64,000 bases of DNA from Syntrophales bacterium (GCA_035448805.1 DAOTJR010000009.1:4090-68089); one strand, 5' to 3'. Counted from the first letter of the stretch, positions 1 to 11,377 are shown. The notes: generated by a model from the letters alone, not told the origin. A program made the numbers and translations.

Positions 1-1005
<1,005 letters not shown>

Positions 1006-1033
1006 TCACCGGCCAATAAACGCAGACAGATTC

Positions 1034-1081
1034 GGGGCGGGGATATTGACGGGCGATAACCGCCTGTTCATATCCCGCCCC
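1034..1081. terminator. GC-rich inverted repeat between convergent eno and plsB
   Basis: GGGGCGGGGATAT (1034-1046) pairs with ATATCCCGCCCC (1070-1081), leaving one bulge and a 23-nt loop. It sits between two convergent stop codons. There is no clean U-tract on either strand. Confidence 0.45.
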
Positions 1082-1106
1082 GCACTTTGCGGCCTTTTCC
1101 CTTCCG

Positions 1107-3743
1107 TCACAGGAATCTGAAGAGACGCCGGCGTAAAGACTCATGAGCCCGCCGGTCGTCGGTAAGGGAGAAGATCTTCCTTTCCTTGCGGTCTTTCTTT
1201 TCCAAGTTTTCCGTGACCGTGACAATGCCCTCTGTCTGCAGGGCGATCATGGCATTTTGATAGTTCGCTTCAGAGAGGGCTTCCGCCCGGCGGATCTCCC
1301 CCTTCCGGAACATAAGCGCCCCCAGTTTGTGAATGCTTTTCAGCCACTCCCGTTCGGAACGTGGCCCCTTTCTCAGATACGCACAGGCCCGCACCACGAT
1401 CCAATAGGATTGAATGTAATTTTCGATAAGACCGGCAAAGGGTTTCAGATTGGTGCGCCCCCGCCCCTTGACCTCGAATGATGCCCCTCCCTCTCCCTGC
1501 CGTCGGATCTCGATCATGCCCCGGCTGTGTAAATAGGCCAGAGCGTCGTTCACCTCTTCCCCTTCCTCCCGTTCGGTATCAAAGATGAACTCGTTCCAGA
1601 ACAGACGCTTAAGAAAATGATAGTCGTCGATCACCAGGCTCAGGGGGATATGATCCTCTGTATGGGCCAGCATGGAGGAGGCCACAAAGGAGAGGGGCAG
1701 GAAGAAATGCAGGATGTTGTTCTTGTAATATTCAAGATTCAGGCGTTTGTCGTCGTCCAGGCAGTAGACGATTTCCTCCAGTTCCGGCGTCTCACCCTCC
1801 TCATCTCCCAGACAGGAAATCAGGCCGGACTGATCGAAAAGGAGGAGGGCGTCTTTGATGGCCTTGTCCCGGCGGACGAAGGTCGCCGCCAGGCTGACCT
1901 TGCTGTGAATCAGGTATTCGTAGAACTCTTTCAGGATCGCCATCAGTTCGTCATGGCTGATGCCGCGCCGGTCGTGGGCCAGGAGACCGGCGGAGATCAG
2001 GGCGAAGGGGGTGACGACGGACACCTTGTTGATGGCCAGGGCGATTTCATAGCCAATCTTCCGGTAGAGACTCTGACGTTCCTCAACGCTCATCTCCGCA
2101 AAGGTCTTGTCCTGCGCCGCGAGAAAGGCCCGCAGGTATATGGGTTCGCCGATATTCACATAAACGCTTCCGTAGCGCTTGCGCAGGATCTTCGAGCTCT
2201 TGATCACATCCGTCGTCTTTTCCCGTTCTTTCGGCGCCCCTCCCAACTCCTTAAGATACGATTTCTCTTCGATTACGCGGTCATAACCGATATAAACGGG
2301 GATGGCGGCCAGATCTTCCGCAGCGTGGTGCTGGAAGGCCTGGATGATCATGGCCAGCAGCCCGTATTTCGGCATCACCATCTTGCCGGTGCGGCTTCTC
2401 CCGCCTTCGATGAAAAATTCGATGGGCAGTCCCTCCCTGATCAACACCTCGAGATATTTGGCGAAGACCTCCCCGTACAGGGCGTTGCCGCGAAAACTGC
2501 GGCGCAGAAAGAAGGCTCCGGACTTTCTGAAGAGATAACCGAAGGGCCCGAAGGCCATATTGGTGCCGGCGGCGATGAAAGGCAACTGAATCCGGTGCTG
2601 ATAAAAAACGTAAGATAAAAGCAGATAATCGATATGACTACGATGGCAGGGGATGATGACAAAGGGCATCTTCTTGGAAACATTTCTGATCTTGGCCATT
2701 CCTTCGAGATCCACCACCACACCGTCGTAGATGTTGTTCCATAGCCAGGAGAGGAGCCGATCCCACACCTCGATATAGGTCTCGTTGTAATCGGCGGCAA
2801 TCTCATGGAGGTAGTTTCTTGCCTCATTGACCAGCGCGGCATAATCCTTCTTGCCGGCGGCAGCGGCATTTTGCATGAACGCAACGAGTTCCGGTTCTTT
2901 CAGGACCATACTGATATGCTCCTGCCGGGACTTCAGGAAGGGGCCGATGAGGGCCGCCTTCTCTTCGTCGATGCGGCCGAGGAGGTCACTGCGCAGGTTG
3001 TAAATCGTCTCCGGCAGCGGACGTCCGATATGTTCGTTGCGAAAGCGTGATACTTCCACGGCCTCCGCGGGCATGACGTAGATCTTGCTGGCAAAGCGCA
3101 GGAAGGAAACCAATCGTTGGAGAAACATGGTGTTATCCGTCTGGCCGAAAAGGATGTTGAGAAGACTCTCCTTTTCCTTTTCCCGCCGCCTTCCATAGGT
3201 CACCAGCATCGGCACGATGTACAACGGTCGGTCGAGGGCTTCCTGCGCCTCCAGGAGTTCGTTCAGAACGGCATCGACCTTCTTGTTTTCGAAAAATTCC
3301 GATCCCCCCAGATGAATGATCAGGGAACGGCCGGCGGCGAGATGATTTCTCACGCTCATCATACCGTCTCCGTCAGCGTCGCGGCGGCGGCAGAAAAAGC
3401 GCCGGACCGACGTCGTCATGACATGCAGGGCCGCCGATAAGGGCTGCCAAAGTGTCATGTCGACATCATAACTGTGAACCGGCATGGGGATCCCCTTACG
3501 CCGGGCAAGATCCCAAAGGATGAGACTGTTGAGTCGGCTGCGGTCCTTCAGGGCATAGACCACAAGACCTTCATTGTTGAGCTTTTTCAGCTCCCCGGCA
3601 GCCTCGGTATCGAAGTTGATCTTCGACAGGACCTTGCCGACCAGCCGGCGCAGAAGAAAATTGGTCTCCGGATAAAGACTTTCCCGACGGTAAAGGCGGT
3701 TGTCCCGGAACCAGTCGATTATCTTGTTCATCATCGTCGTCAT
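1107..3743 (-). CDS. plsB: Glycerol-3-phosphate acyltransferase, PlsB type
   Basis: 878 aa. It has the HX4D acyltransferase box (IIPCHRSHIDYLLLSYVF) and the FIEGGRSRTGK block. The long N- and C-terminal flanks match PlsB length and layout. Confidence 0.85.
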   Translation of the reverse strand: MTTMMNKIIDWFRDNRLYRRESLYPETNFLLRRLVGKVLSKINFDTEAAGELKKLNNEGLVVYALKDRSRLNSLILWDLARRKGIPMPVHSYDVDMTLWQPLSAALHVMTTSVRRFFCRRRDADGDGMMSVRNHLAAGRSLIIHLGGSEFFENKKVDAVLNELLEAQEALDRPLYIVPMLVTYGRRREKEKESLLNILFGQTDNTMFLQRLVSFLRFASKIYVMPAEAVEVSRFRNEHIGRPLPETIYNLRSDLLGRIDEEKAALIGPFLKSRQEHISMVLKEPELVAFMQNAAAAGKKDYAALVNEARNYLHEIAADYNETYIEVWDRLLSWLWNNIYDGVVVDLEGMAKIRNVSKKMPFVIIPCHRSHIDYLLLSYVFYQHRIQLPFIAAGTNMAFGPFGYLFRKSGAFFLRRSFRGNALYGEVFAKYLEVLIREGLPIEFFIEGGRSRTGKMVMPKYGLLAMIIQAFQHHAAEDLAAIPVYIGYDRVIEEKSYLKELGGAPKEREKTTDVIKSSKILRKRYGSVYVNIGEPIYLRAFLAAQDKTFAEMSVEERQSLYRKIGYEIALAINKVSVVTPFALISAGLLAHDRRGISHDELMAILKEFYEYLIHSKVSLAATFVRRDKAIKDALLLFDQSGLISCLGDEEGETPELEEIVYCLDDDKRLNLEYYKNNILHFFLPLSFVASSMLAHTEDHIPLSLVIDDYHFLKRLFWNEFIFDTEREEGEEVNDALAYLHSRGMIEIRRQGEGGASFEVKGRGRTNLKPFAGLIENYIQSYWIVVRACAYLRKGPRSEREWLKSIHKLGALMFRKGEIRRAEALSEANYQNAMIALQTEGIVTVTENLEKKDRKERKIFSLTDDRRAHESLRRRLFRFL

Positions 3744-3755
3744 AAGGGAGCGCTC

Positions 3756-5537
3756 CTAAGAGCCGTTGCCGGCCAGGAGGTTGGAAAACTTCTCCCTCAT
3801 GGTCTGCTCCACGACTTCTCTTATTTCGGAAGCGGAAGACATCGTCATGACCTTTTTCATGAGTTGTCGTGATTCTTTGAGGGTCGTGGCCCGAATGATC
3901 TCCTTTACCTTCGGAATGGCGAGGGGGTTCATGCTCAGTTCATCGATTTCCATAGCCAGCAGGATCATCGTATAGGCGGGATCTCCGGCCATTTCCCCGC
4001 ACATGGCCACCGGGATGCCGGCGCGGTGACCGATTTCAACCACCTTTCTGATCATCCTCAGGACGGCGGGATGGAGGGGTTCGTAAAGATAGTTGACCCG
4101 GTCATTGATTCGGTCGATGGCCAGTACGTACTGAATCAAGTCGTTGGTGCCGATACTGAAGAAATCGACCTCCCGGGCCAGTTCTTCGGCAATGATCACC
4201 GCCGACGGGACTTCGATCATGGCCCCTGTTTCGACATCCTTACCTACGGCGATGCCTTGCCGCTCCAAATCCTCCCTTACCTCTCCGAGAATTTTCTTCG
4301 CAGCCCTAATCTCCTCGACACCCGAGATCATGGGAAAGAGGATCCTTGTCTTTCCGAAGGCGCTTGCCCGGAGAATCGCCCGGAGCTGAACTTTGAACAG
4401 CTCGGTCTCCTTCAGGCAGAAACGTATCGCCCGCAGCCCCATCTGGGGATTCATCTCCTTGGCCAGTTTCGGGTCCGAGAAGAACTTGTCCCCTCCCAGA
4501 TCGAAGGTGCGAATAGTGGCCCACTCCAGTCCTTCCACACCCACGACGCGACGGTAATTGCTGAAGTGGTCTTCTTCGGTGGGCAAATCTTCCCGGTTGA
4601 TGTAGATGAACTCGGTGCGATACAGACCTATCCCTTCGGCCCCATGGGTGACAGCGGAAGGGATTTCTTCTATGAACTCGATGTTGCCGCCGATTTGAAC
4701 CCGGTATGCATCCCTGGTGATGGCGGGATGCCTGGCATATTTCAGCGCTTCTTCCCTAATGGTGTGGTAATGGTGTTTCTTCTCTTCGTAGCGGTGTAAC
4801 AGCTCCGGTTCCGGGTTGACAATGACCAACCCGGCGGCGCCGTCGATAATGATGAGATCGTTCGTCCGCACCTGACGGGTCACCTTTTCCAGCCCCACCA
4901 CCGCCGGGATGGCGATGGAGCGGGCCACTATGGCCGTGTGGGATGTCCTGCTGCCCACATCGGTGGCAAAACCCAGCACTTTTTCGATCATCATCTGGGC
5001 GGTATCGGCAGGGGATAAATCCGAGGCGATTACAATCACCCCCTCTCCCAGCGGAGCGATCTTCTCCTGACGTCGCCCGGCGAGATTTCTGAGAATCATC
5101 TGCCCCACATAGCGGATGTCATTGAAACGATCCCGCAGGTATTCGTCCTCCATTTTCTCGAATATGTCCCGATACTTGTCGATGGTCAACCGTACGGCCC
5201 ACTCCGCATTCACCGACATTTCCCGAATCCGCTGCACTACATTGGCAACGAAGGACCGGTCTTTGAGAATCATGATATGAACATCCATGATGTATATCGG
5301 TTCCAGTCCCGCCGCCTCCGTCAGTCTGCTTTTGATTTCCTTGAGCTGCCGCTCGGAAGCCCGCAAGGCTTCCCGGAACCGCCTTATTTCCTTCGTTATC
5401 AGGCTCGCTTTCTCCAGTTTGTAAAAGGAGATCTGGGCATCGAGGCGATCGAAGAGATAGGCCCTTCCTGTGACCACCCCGGGGGAAACGCCTATCCCTT
5501 TGAGCACAATGGTTTTCTTGTTCATTTCTGCCGGCAT
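3756..5537 (-). CDS. ptsI: Phosphoenolpyruvate-protein phosphotransferase (PTS enzyme I)
   Basis: 593 aa. Phospho-His region GSRTSHTAIVARSIAIPAVVG, PEP-utilizer C-terminal blocks FFSIGTNDLIQY and CGEMAGDP. Confidence 0.95.
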   Translation of the reverse strand: MPAEMNKKTIVLKGIGVSPGVVTGRAYLFDRLDAQISFYKLEKASLITKEIRRFREALRASERQLKEIKSRLTEAAGLEPIYIMDVHIMILKDRSFVANVVQRIREMSVNAEWAVRLTIDKYRDIFEKMEDEYLRDRFNDIRYVGQMILRNLAGRRQEKIAPLGEGVIVIASDLSPADTAQMMIEKVLGFATDVGSRTSHTAIVARSIAIPAVVGLEKVTRQVRTNDLIIIDGAAGLVIVNPEPELLHRYEEKKHHYHTIREEALKYARHPAITRDAYRVQIGGNIEFIEEIPSAVTHGAEGIGLYRTEFIYINREDLPTEEDHFSNYRRVVGVEGLEWATIRTFDLGGDKFFSDPKLAKEMNPQMGLRAIRFCLKETELFKVQLRAILRASAFGKTRILFPMISGVEEIRAAKKILGEVREDLERQGIAVGKDVETGAMIEVPSAVIIAEELAREVDFFSIGTNDLIQYVLAIDRINDRVNYLYEPLHPAVLRMIRKVVEIGHRAGIPVAMCGEMAGDPAYTMILLAMEIDELSMNPLAIPKVKEIIRATTLKESRQLMKKVMTMSSASEIREVVEQTMREKFSNLLAGNGS

Positions 5538-5556
5538 AAGCTTAAGTTATCTTTTT

Positions 5557-5826
5557 CTACTCCTCTCCAAACTTTTCGGCAAACAAACGTTCCAAAGCCG
5601 CCAACGCCTTGACGGCATCACCACCCTCCGCCTTGACCTTCAACCGCCCGCCCGATCCGCAGGCCAGGGTAAGGATTCCGAGCAGGCTCTTGCCGTTCAC
5701 TTCCTGCCCTTCATATTCAAAATAGATGCGCGATTTGTACCTCCGGGCCTCCTCCACCAGCTTTGCCGCTACCCGGGCATGGATCCCCAGCTTATTTTTC
5801 ACCTCGAAGATCCTTATCTCCTGCAT
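5557..5826 (-). CDS. ptsH: Phosphocarrier protein HPr
   Basis: 89 aa. Active-site His context KNKLGIHARVAAKLV and HPr-typical GKSLLGILTLA. Confidence 0.9.
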   Translation of the reverse strand: MQEIRIFEVKNKLGIHARVAAKLVEEARRYKSRIYFEYEGQEVNGKSLLGILTLACGSGGRLKVKAEGGDAVKALAALERLFAEKFGEE

Positions 5827-5827
5827 A

Positions 5828-6628
5828 TCAACTCGTCATTACCATGCAGACAGCCGTCATTCCGTAAAGGATCAACAGCGGCGACAGTCCCCGGCTTACG
5901 GCATAATAGGATATCAGCACCGCCGCCGGAACGACGATCGTAGCCCCTTCCCGGAGCCAGAGGGTATCCAATGACAATGTCTGGATCTCTTCGGCAAGCA
6001 GCACTGTGGCCAAACCGAGGATAACAAGGGAGCCCCGGCGAAGGTAGCGGGCCCTGCGCGGCAGATCCCAGGACTGGATATAGACGATCCCCTGCCAACC
6101 CTGACGGTAACCTTCCAGGAATCCCTTCCAGCGGATCCACAGATGCAGAGGATTGAAAAGCAGCAGAAAGGCAAACGGGGCCCAGATACAGCCTTCATAG
6201 GCCAAAATCGCCGCCGTCACACCGGCCAGGGGCCGGAGGCTGCCCCAGAAAAAGCTGTCGCCAAGGGCGGCGTACGGCCCCATGAGGGATTTTTTCAATT
6301 TCGCCACCGCTGCTTCACGTGCGGCTGCTGCCGTGTCTTCTTCCTCCAATCTGATCGTGGAGCCGAGGACGGCACCGGACAGATAGGGATGGGTGTTGAA
6401 ATATTCCAGGTGTCTCAAAAGAAAGGCGACGCAGTTTTCCCTGCTTTCCTTACGAAGGCCGGAAAGGGGCGAAATGGCATAAGTGAATCCCAGGTTCTGC
6501 ATCCTCCGGAAATTAAGGGAGGCCATTATGAAGAGGGACCGCAAAAAAAAACCGGACAGATCCGATGTCTTCATCCTCAATCTTCTCTCCGCGCCCGCGG
6601 CATTTTTTAACGCCGTTTTCTGTAACAC
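5828..6628 (-). CDS. PTS mannose/fructose/sorbose family IID component (membrane)
   Basis: 266 aa. Collinear with ManZ-type IID: FFLRS..NFRRMQNLGF, RHLEYFNTHPY and LMGPYAALGDSFFWGSLRP. Its stop lies 1 nt from the ptsH start. Confidence 0.8.
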   Translation of the reverse strand: MLQKTALKNAAGAERRLRMKTSDLSGFFLRSLFIMASLNFRRMQNLGFTYAISPLSGLRKESRENCVAFLLRHLEYFNTHPYLSGAVLGSTIRLEEEDTAAAAREAAVAKLKKSLMGPYAALGDSFFWGSLRPLAGVTAAILAYEGCIWAPFAFLLLFNPLHLWIRWKGFLEGYRQGWQGIVYIQSWDLPRRARYLRRGSLVILGLATVLLAEEIQTLSLDTLWLREGATIVVPAAVLISYYAVSRGLSPLLILYGMTAVCMVMTS

Positions 6629-6678
6629 GACGGATCGTTTAAGTCAATTCATTACCCTGATCTAATGTGCCTTTATAC

Positions 6679-6707
6679 TTGACAGAAGCACATTTATTTG
6701 TTAGTTA
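6679..6707 (+). promoter_or_regulatory. Sigma70-like promoter candidate for the PxxKW gene
   Basis: TTGACA (6679-6684), 17-nt spacer, TAGTTA (6702-6707), about 30 nt upstream of the ATG at 6736. Confidence 0.35.
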
Positions 6708-6735
6708 TGCCGACTTTTTGTTCGAGGTGGAGATA

Positions 6736-7029
6736 ATGATTTGTCAGACGATCAGAACGGGCACCGATTGCGTGTTCATGAAAGATAAAGGTTGCGTTTT
6801 CAAAGACGGGGCCTGCAAAACAGTTGTGGAAAAATGCGAGGGCTGCGGCAAGATCATCGAGTTGGCTACGGGCCGTTACTGCGGAGTGTACATGGATCCG
6901 GCCAGCAGGTGGCTTATGGGAAATTGTCCGCGGGCCACACATATCAAGCTGGTAATCAAGGAAACCACCCAGAAGATCAATCCTCTGAAGGCCTCGAAGC
7001 GGGCCAGCCGCGCGAAGAAGAAGAAATAA
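6736..7029 (+). CDS. PxxKW-family small cysteine-rich protein
   Basis: The track ORF starts at 6667. GAGGTGGAG sits 5 nt before the ATG at 6736, which gives MICQTIRTGTDCVFMKDKGCVFKDGACKTVVEKCEGCGKI...PASRW..GNCP plus a Lys-rich tail. The Cys spacing and the P-x-x-(K/R)-W motif fit this family as I recall it. Confidence 0.7.
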   Translation: MICQTIRTGTDCVFMKDKGCVFKDGACKTVVEKCEGCGKIIELATGRYCGVYMDPASRWLMGNCPRATHIKLVIKETTQKINPLKASKRASRAKKKK

Positions 7030-7258
7030 GCAGCGTTTTCAAGCCTTCTTCCCCGATCGTCTGTGTCCAGCCGTTTTGAGCAAAGGTACCGACCGGGTTA
7101 TAAAGAATGGTGAATCAAGGCCCGCAAAGAGGTAAAAACATCCGTAAACCACCAGGAAGGGCGTGTGAGTGGGCGTGGCCTCACCGGGGAAGGCGCTTAT
7201 CCGCGTCTCGCTACCTGACCATCCATAGAGGTTTCCATCTCCCGGGCGGGAGGAGTTT

Positions 7259-7606
7259 TCAAGCGAGAATATCCCTGATTGCCTTCAGCCCGTTTTTAAC
7301 CTCTTTGAGCAGGCGGCGATCCGCATCCGTCAAGGCTTCCGGTATTTTATCCTGATTATTTTTTCTGGAAAGCTGTTTTTTTGCCCCCCGAATCGTAAAA
7401 TTATCCCGATACAGGAGGTTTTTGATCATCAGTAGTTGTTCGAGATCCTTGCGGCGGTACAGCCGTTGATCGGAACCGGTGCGAACCGGCCGTACCGATT
7501 TGAATTCCGATTCCCAGTAGCGAACGACGTAGGGTTCGACGCCGAGGATGGTACTCACCTCACCGATACGAAAATACGTCTTGTCAGGAATCGATTCCTC
7601 CATCAT
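7259..7606 (-). CDS. MerR-family transcriptional regulator
   Basis: 115 aa. N-terminal winged HTH YFRIGEVSTILGVEPYVVRYWESEF...RTGSDQRLYRRKDL. It directly follows ihfA. Confidence 0.85.
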   Translation of the reverse strand: MMEESIPDKTYFRIGEVSTILGVEPYVVRYWESEFKSVRPVRTGSDQRLYRRKDLEQLLMIKNLLYRDNFTIRGAKKQLSRKNNQDKIPEALTDADRRLLKEVKNGLKAIRDILA

Positions 7607-7641
7607 CGGACTCCCGTGCTCTGGGGTTGCGATGTCTTTGA

Positions 7642-7917
7642 TCAGCTGTTGAGCGCCTTACGCAAGACTTGACTTGATTTGAAGGTCAGAACGCGGCGTG
7701 CGGAAATCTCGATTTCCTTGCCTGTCTGAGGATTTCTTCCCCGGCGTGATTTCTTTTCCTTCACGACAAAGTTGCCGAACCCCGAGATCTTGATTTTTTC
7801 GCCCCGTCCCAAACAGTCCTTCATAATCTCAAAAACCGACTCGACAATGCGCGCGGAATCCTTCTTCGAAAAGCCGAGCTTTTCGTAAACATCCTGAATA
7901 ATATCAATCTTCGTCAT
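7642..7917 (-). CDS. ihfA: Integration host factor subunit alpha (HU/IHF family)
   Basis: GFGNFVVKEKKSRRGRNPQTGKEIEISARRVLTFK arm. AGGAGG precedes the second in-frame ATG at 7917 (MTKIDII...). The track start at 7935 has no RBS. Confidence 0.9.
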   Translation of the reverse strand: MTKIDIIQDVYEKLGFSKKDSARIVESVFEIMKDCLGRGEKIKISGFGNFVVKEKKSRRGRNPQTGKEIEISARRVLTFKSSQVLRKALNS

Positions 7918-7945
7918 GGTGTGTCCTCCTGTCATCTCGCCGTTG

Positions 7946-10357
7946 TTATTCCCCCCGGATCGTTGCCCCTGTTTCGCTGATCATGGCCTTGACGACCCGG
8001 CTATGGGCGCTGTTGATTTCTTCCTCCCGCAAGGTCCTCTCGCCGGAACGATAGGAAAAACGGAGTCCCACGCTCTTCATACCCTCCGGCAGATTTTTGC
8101 CTGCATATACATCAAAAATCGAAACACTTTCAAGTAATACTTCATGCTGCTCATAAGCGGTCCGGCACAGTTTCTCCCCTTCCATAGCCGCAGGGACAAG
8201 AAATGCCACATCCCGGGAACTGGCGGGAAACTTCGATATCTCCCGGAAGGTTCTCACCCCCGCCGGCGGCGGTGTCAGGGTATCGAGTTCCAGTTCAAAG
8301 ACTACGGCGCGGTTGCGCAGGTCACGCCGTTCCCGCACCCGGGGGTGGATCTCCCCCAGGAATCCCGCCGTTTTCTCCCCGATCACAACCCGACAGGATC
8401 TTCCGGGATGCAGAAAGGGCCAGTGCGTTGTCGCGACAAATTTGGCGTCCGGTATCTTCAGGAGGTCAAAAAGGGATTCCAGTACCCCTTTGAGGTCATA
8501 AAAATCCGCTGTAACCCCTTGATGGTGCCAGGAAGAGTCATAGCGGCTCCCCGTAATCAGACCGCCCACACAGGCCTTCTCCTCGGGCAGTTCGCCTTCC
8601 CCCCGGGCAAAGAAAACCCTGCCGATCTCAAATATCTTCAAATCAGGGCATGCGGTCCGGGCGTTGCGGTTCATGACGTCCAGGAGGCCATAAACGAGGT
8701 TAGTCCTCATAACGGCCTGTTCTTCCGTCAGGGGATTGCTGATCTTCACAAATGACCGCAGGGGGTCGCCGGCCGGCAGGGCAAATTCTTCGGCCATTTC
8801 CGGATTGATGAAACTGTAATTGATTACTTCCGTATAGCCCATACCGGTCATGGCCGCACGAATACTTTCCTCGCGCCGGCGGCCGGAATTTTCGCTTCCC
8901 GGCATCGCCCCGGTGGCAGGCATGGTAACGGGGATACGGTCAAAACCGTAAATACGCGCAATCTCTTCGATCAGATCTATTTCCCGGGCAATATCCACCC
9001 GGCAGGTGGGAGGCGTCACCAGGCAGTTATCGCCCGCCGCCGCCACGGTCATCTCCAATCTCTCCAGGATACCGGCCATTTCCGCGGCGGGGATGGCCGT
9101 CCCCAGGGTCTCGTTCACCCGTTTCACCCGGAGGGGAATGTCTTTTACCGTGGCAATCTGTCGCGGATACTGATCAATGTACCCCCGGCAGATCTCGCCT
9201 CCCCCGAGTTCCGCCATGAGCTGCGCCGCGCGGTTCAAGGCCCGTACCACCCCTTCGGGATCTATACCCCTCTCGAAGCGGAAGGCGGCATCCGTGGCCA
9301 TTCCCAACCAGCGGGAAGAGCGGCGGATGGAAGCCGGATGGAAATAAGCACTCTCCAGGAGGATCGTTCCGGTATCGTCCTTGACTTCCGAATTCAGGCC
9401 GCCCATGATTCCGGCAATGGCGACGGGTTTTCTCCCGTCGCATATCATGAGGGTATCGGCCCGTAGTAAACGGTCCTTTTCGTCGAGGGAAATAAAATGT
9501 TCTCCCTCCCGGGAGCGGCGCACGACGATGCGCCCCTCTTCGAGAAACCGGAAATCGAAGGCATGGAGGGGCTGACCCATCTCCATCATGACAAAATTGG
9601 TGATATCGACAATATTGTTGATCGCCCGCAGCCCGACGGCTTCCAGACGTTCCCGCATCCACGCCGGCGACGGTTTGATGGTTACGTTCTTGATGATCCG
9701 GGCGGTGTAGCGGGGACAAAGATCAGGATCATCGATGATTACCGAGGTAATGGATTTGATGTCCTCGTCGTTCTCCCGGATGACGATCTCCGGGCGGCGG
9801 AGGGGCTTTCCCGTAATCGCCGCCACCTCCCGGGCAATGCCGATGATGGACAGACAATCGGACCGGTTGGGGGTGATCCCGATGTCGAAAACCGTATCCA
9901 GCAGACCCAGAGCCGCCTTCAGGTCCATCCCCAGGGGCGCTTCCGGCGGCAGGATCATGATCCCGGTATTGTCTTCACCGATCCCCAGCTCCTCTTCAGA
10001 GCAGAGCATCCCCTCGGAAGGTTCGCCGCGAAGGCGTGAACTCTTGATAATATAGCCGCCGGGGATGGTGGCACCGACTTTGGCCAGGGCCACTTTGTCG
10101 CCCTCCCGGGTATTGGGAGCGCCGCAGACGACGGGCAGTGTTTCTGTACCGGTGGTGACTTCGCAGAGGTGGAGTTTTTCGGACTGGGGATGGGGCCGTA
10201 CCTTGAGTATCTCGGCCACCACCACCCCGTCGAAACCGGGGCCCGCCTGCTCCACCGCCTCGACCTCCAACCCCGCCATGGTCAGGCAATGGGCCAGGGC
10301 CGACGGTTCCAGTTCTACATCCACATAGTCCCGGAGCCACTTGAGACTTACTTTCAT
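7946..10357 (-). CDS. pheT: Phenylalanine-tRNA ligase beta subunit
   Basis: 803 aa. N-terminal tRNA-binding domain (MKVSLKWLRDYVD), B3/4 and B5 regions, C-terminal FDX-ACB-like domain. It lies immediately downstream of pheS. Confidence 0.96.
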   Translation of the reverse strand: MKVSLKWLRDYVDVELEPSALAHCLTMAGLEVEAVEQAGPGFDGVVVAEILKVRPHPQSEKLHLCEVTTGTETLPVVCGAPNTREGDKVALAKVGATIPGGYIIKSSRLRGEPSEGMLCSEEELGIGEDNTGIMILPPEAPLGMDLKAALGLLDTVFDIGITPNRSDCLSIIGIAREVAAITGKPLRRPEIVIRENDEDIKSITSVIIDDPDLCPRYTARIIKNVTIKPSPAWMRERLEAVGLRAINNIVDITNFVMMEMGQPLHAFDFRFLEEGRIVVRRSREGEHFISLDEKDRLLRADTLMICDGRKPVAIAGIMGGLNSEVKDDTGTILLESAYFHPASIRRSSRWLGMATDAAFRFERGIDPEGVVRALNRAAQLMAELGGGEICRGYIDQYPRQIATVKDIPLRVKRVNETLGTAIPAAEMAGILERLEMTVAAAGDNCLVTPPTCRVDIAREIDLIEEIARIYGFDRIPVTMPATGAMPGSENSGRRREESIRAAMTGMGYTEVINYSFINPEMAEEFALPAGDPLRSFVKISNPLTEEQAVMRTNLVYGLLDVMNRNARTACPDLKIFEIGRVFFARGEGELPEEKACVGGLITGSRYDSSWHHQGVTADFYDLKGVLESLFDLLKIPDAKFVATTHWPFLHPGRSCRVVIGEKTAGFLGEIHPRVRERRDLRNRAVVFELELDTLTPPPAGVRTFREISKFPASSRDVAFLVPAAMEGEKLCRTAYEQHEVLLESVSIFDVYAGKNLPEGMKSVGLRFSYRSGERTLREEEINSAHSRVVKAMISETGATIRGE

Positions 10358-10360
10358 AAC

Positions 10361-11377
10361 TTAAAATTGCTCCAAAAAGCGCCAGTCATTCTCGAAGAAA
10401 AGGCGGATATCGGAAATCCCGTACTTCAGCATGGCGATCCGCTCCACCCCCAGGCCGAAGGCAAATCCGGTAAATTCCTCGGGATCGTAGCCCACATTTC
10501 CAAACACCGCCGGATCGACCATCCCGGAACCAAGGATTTCCAGCCAGCCGCTCTGTCCGCATACCCGGCAGCCCGCACCCCGGCACATTACGCAACGGAT
10601 ATCCACCTCGGCACTGGGCTCCGTGAAGGGGAAGAAACTGGGTCTAAACCTCAGCTGAATATCGGCACCGAAAACCTGCTGTAAAAAAAAGGTGAGGGTC
10701 CCCTTGAGATCGCCGAAGGTTACGTTCCGATCCACAAGGAGCCCTTCGATTTGGTGAAACATGGGGGTATGGGAAACATCGGAATCGGGACGATAGACCC
10801 GGCCGGGGGACAGGATCCGCACCGGCGGACGCATCTTTTCCATGGTCCGGATCTGGACGGGCGAAGTATGGGTTCTCAGAACGATATTTTCCTCAATATA
10901 GAAGGTGTCCTGCATATCCCGGGCGGGATGATCCTTGGGGATGTTCAGCGCCTCGAAGTTATAGTAATCCGTTTCCACCTCCGGCCCTTCCTCGACGGTG
11001 AAGCCCAACCGGGCAAAGATGCCGCAGATTTCATCCATGACCTGGGTTACGGGATGCCGGTGTCCCAGGCGGACGGCACGTCCGGGCAGCGTGACATCTA
11101 TGGCTTCTTTACGCAGGTCATCATCCCGGCGGGAGGCCCTGATCCTTTCCAGGGCCGTATCCAGGGCGGCGCTGATCTTTTCCTTGATTTCGTTGCTTTT
11201 TTTTCCGAACAGGGGACGATCTTCCGGAGACACGCTCCCTACCTGACGGAGGATCTGGGTAAGCAATCCCTTGCGCCCGAGATATTTCGTCCGCAGTTCG
11301 TTGAGGGCCGCTTCGGTATGCGCCCCCGACAACTCCACTCCTACCCGTTCGGCAAGCTCCTCGAGATCCCTGATCAT
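10361..11377 (-). CDS. pheS: Phenylalanine-tRNA ligase alpha subunit
   Basis: 338 aa. Class II aaRS core with [27 protein letters not shown] and [18 protein letters not shown]. Confidence 0.96.
   Translation of the reverse strand: MIRDLEELAERVGVELSGAHTEAALNELRTKYLGRKGLLTQILRQVGSVSPEDRPLFGKKSNEIKEKISAALDTALERIRASRRDDDLRKEAIDVTLPGRAVRLGHRHPVTQVMDEICGIFARLGFTVEEGPEVETDYYNFEALNIPKDHPARDMQDTFYIEENIVLRTHTSPVQIRTMEKMRPPVRILSPGRVYRPDSDVSHTPMFHQIEGLLVDRNVTFGDLKGTLTFFLQQVFGADIQLRFRPSFFPFTEPSAEVDIRCVMCRGAGCRVCGQSGWLEILGSGMVDPAVFGNVGYDPEEFTGFAFGLGVERIAMLKYGISDIRLFFENDWRFLEQF

Noticed and set aside
7030-7258. ncRNA (SRP/6S-like) in the 230-nt gap between the convergent PxxKW and merR genes
   Set aside because: I looked for SRP domain IV, tmRNA and RNase P hallmarks on both strands and found none. 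Only weak 5-bp stems are present.
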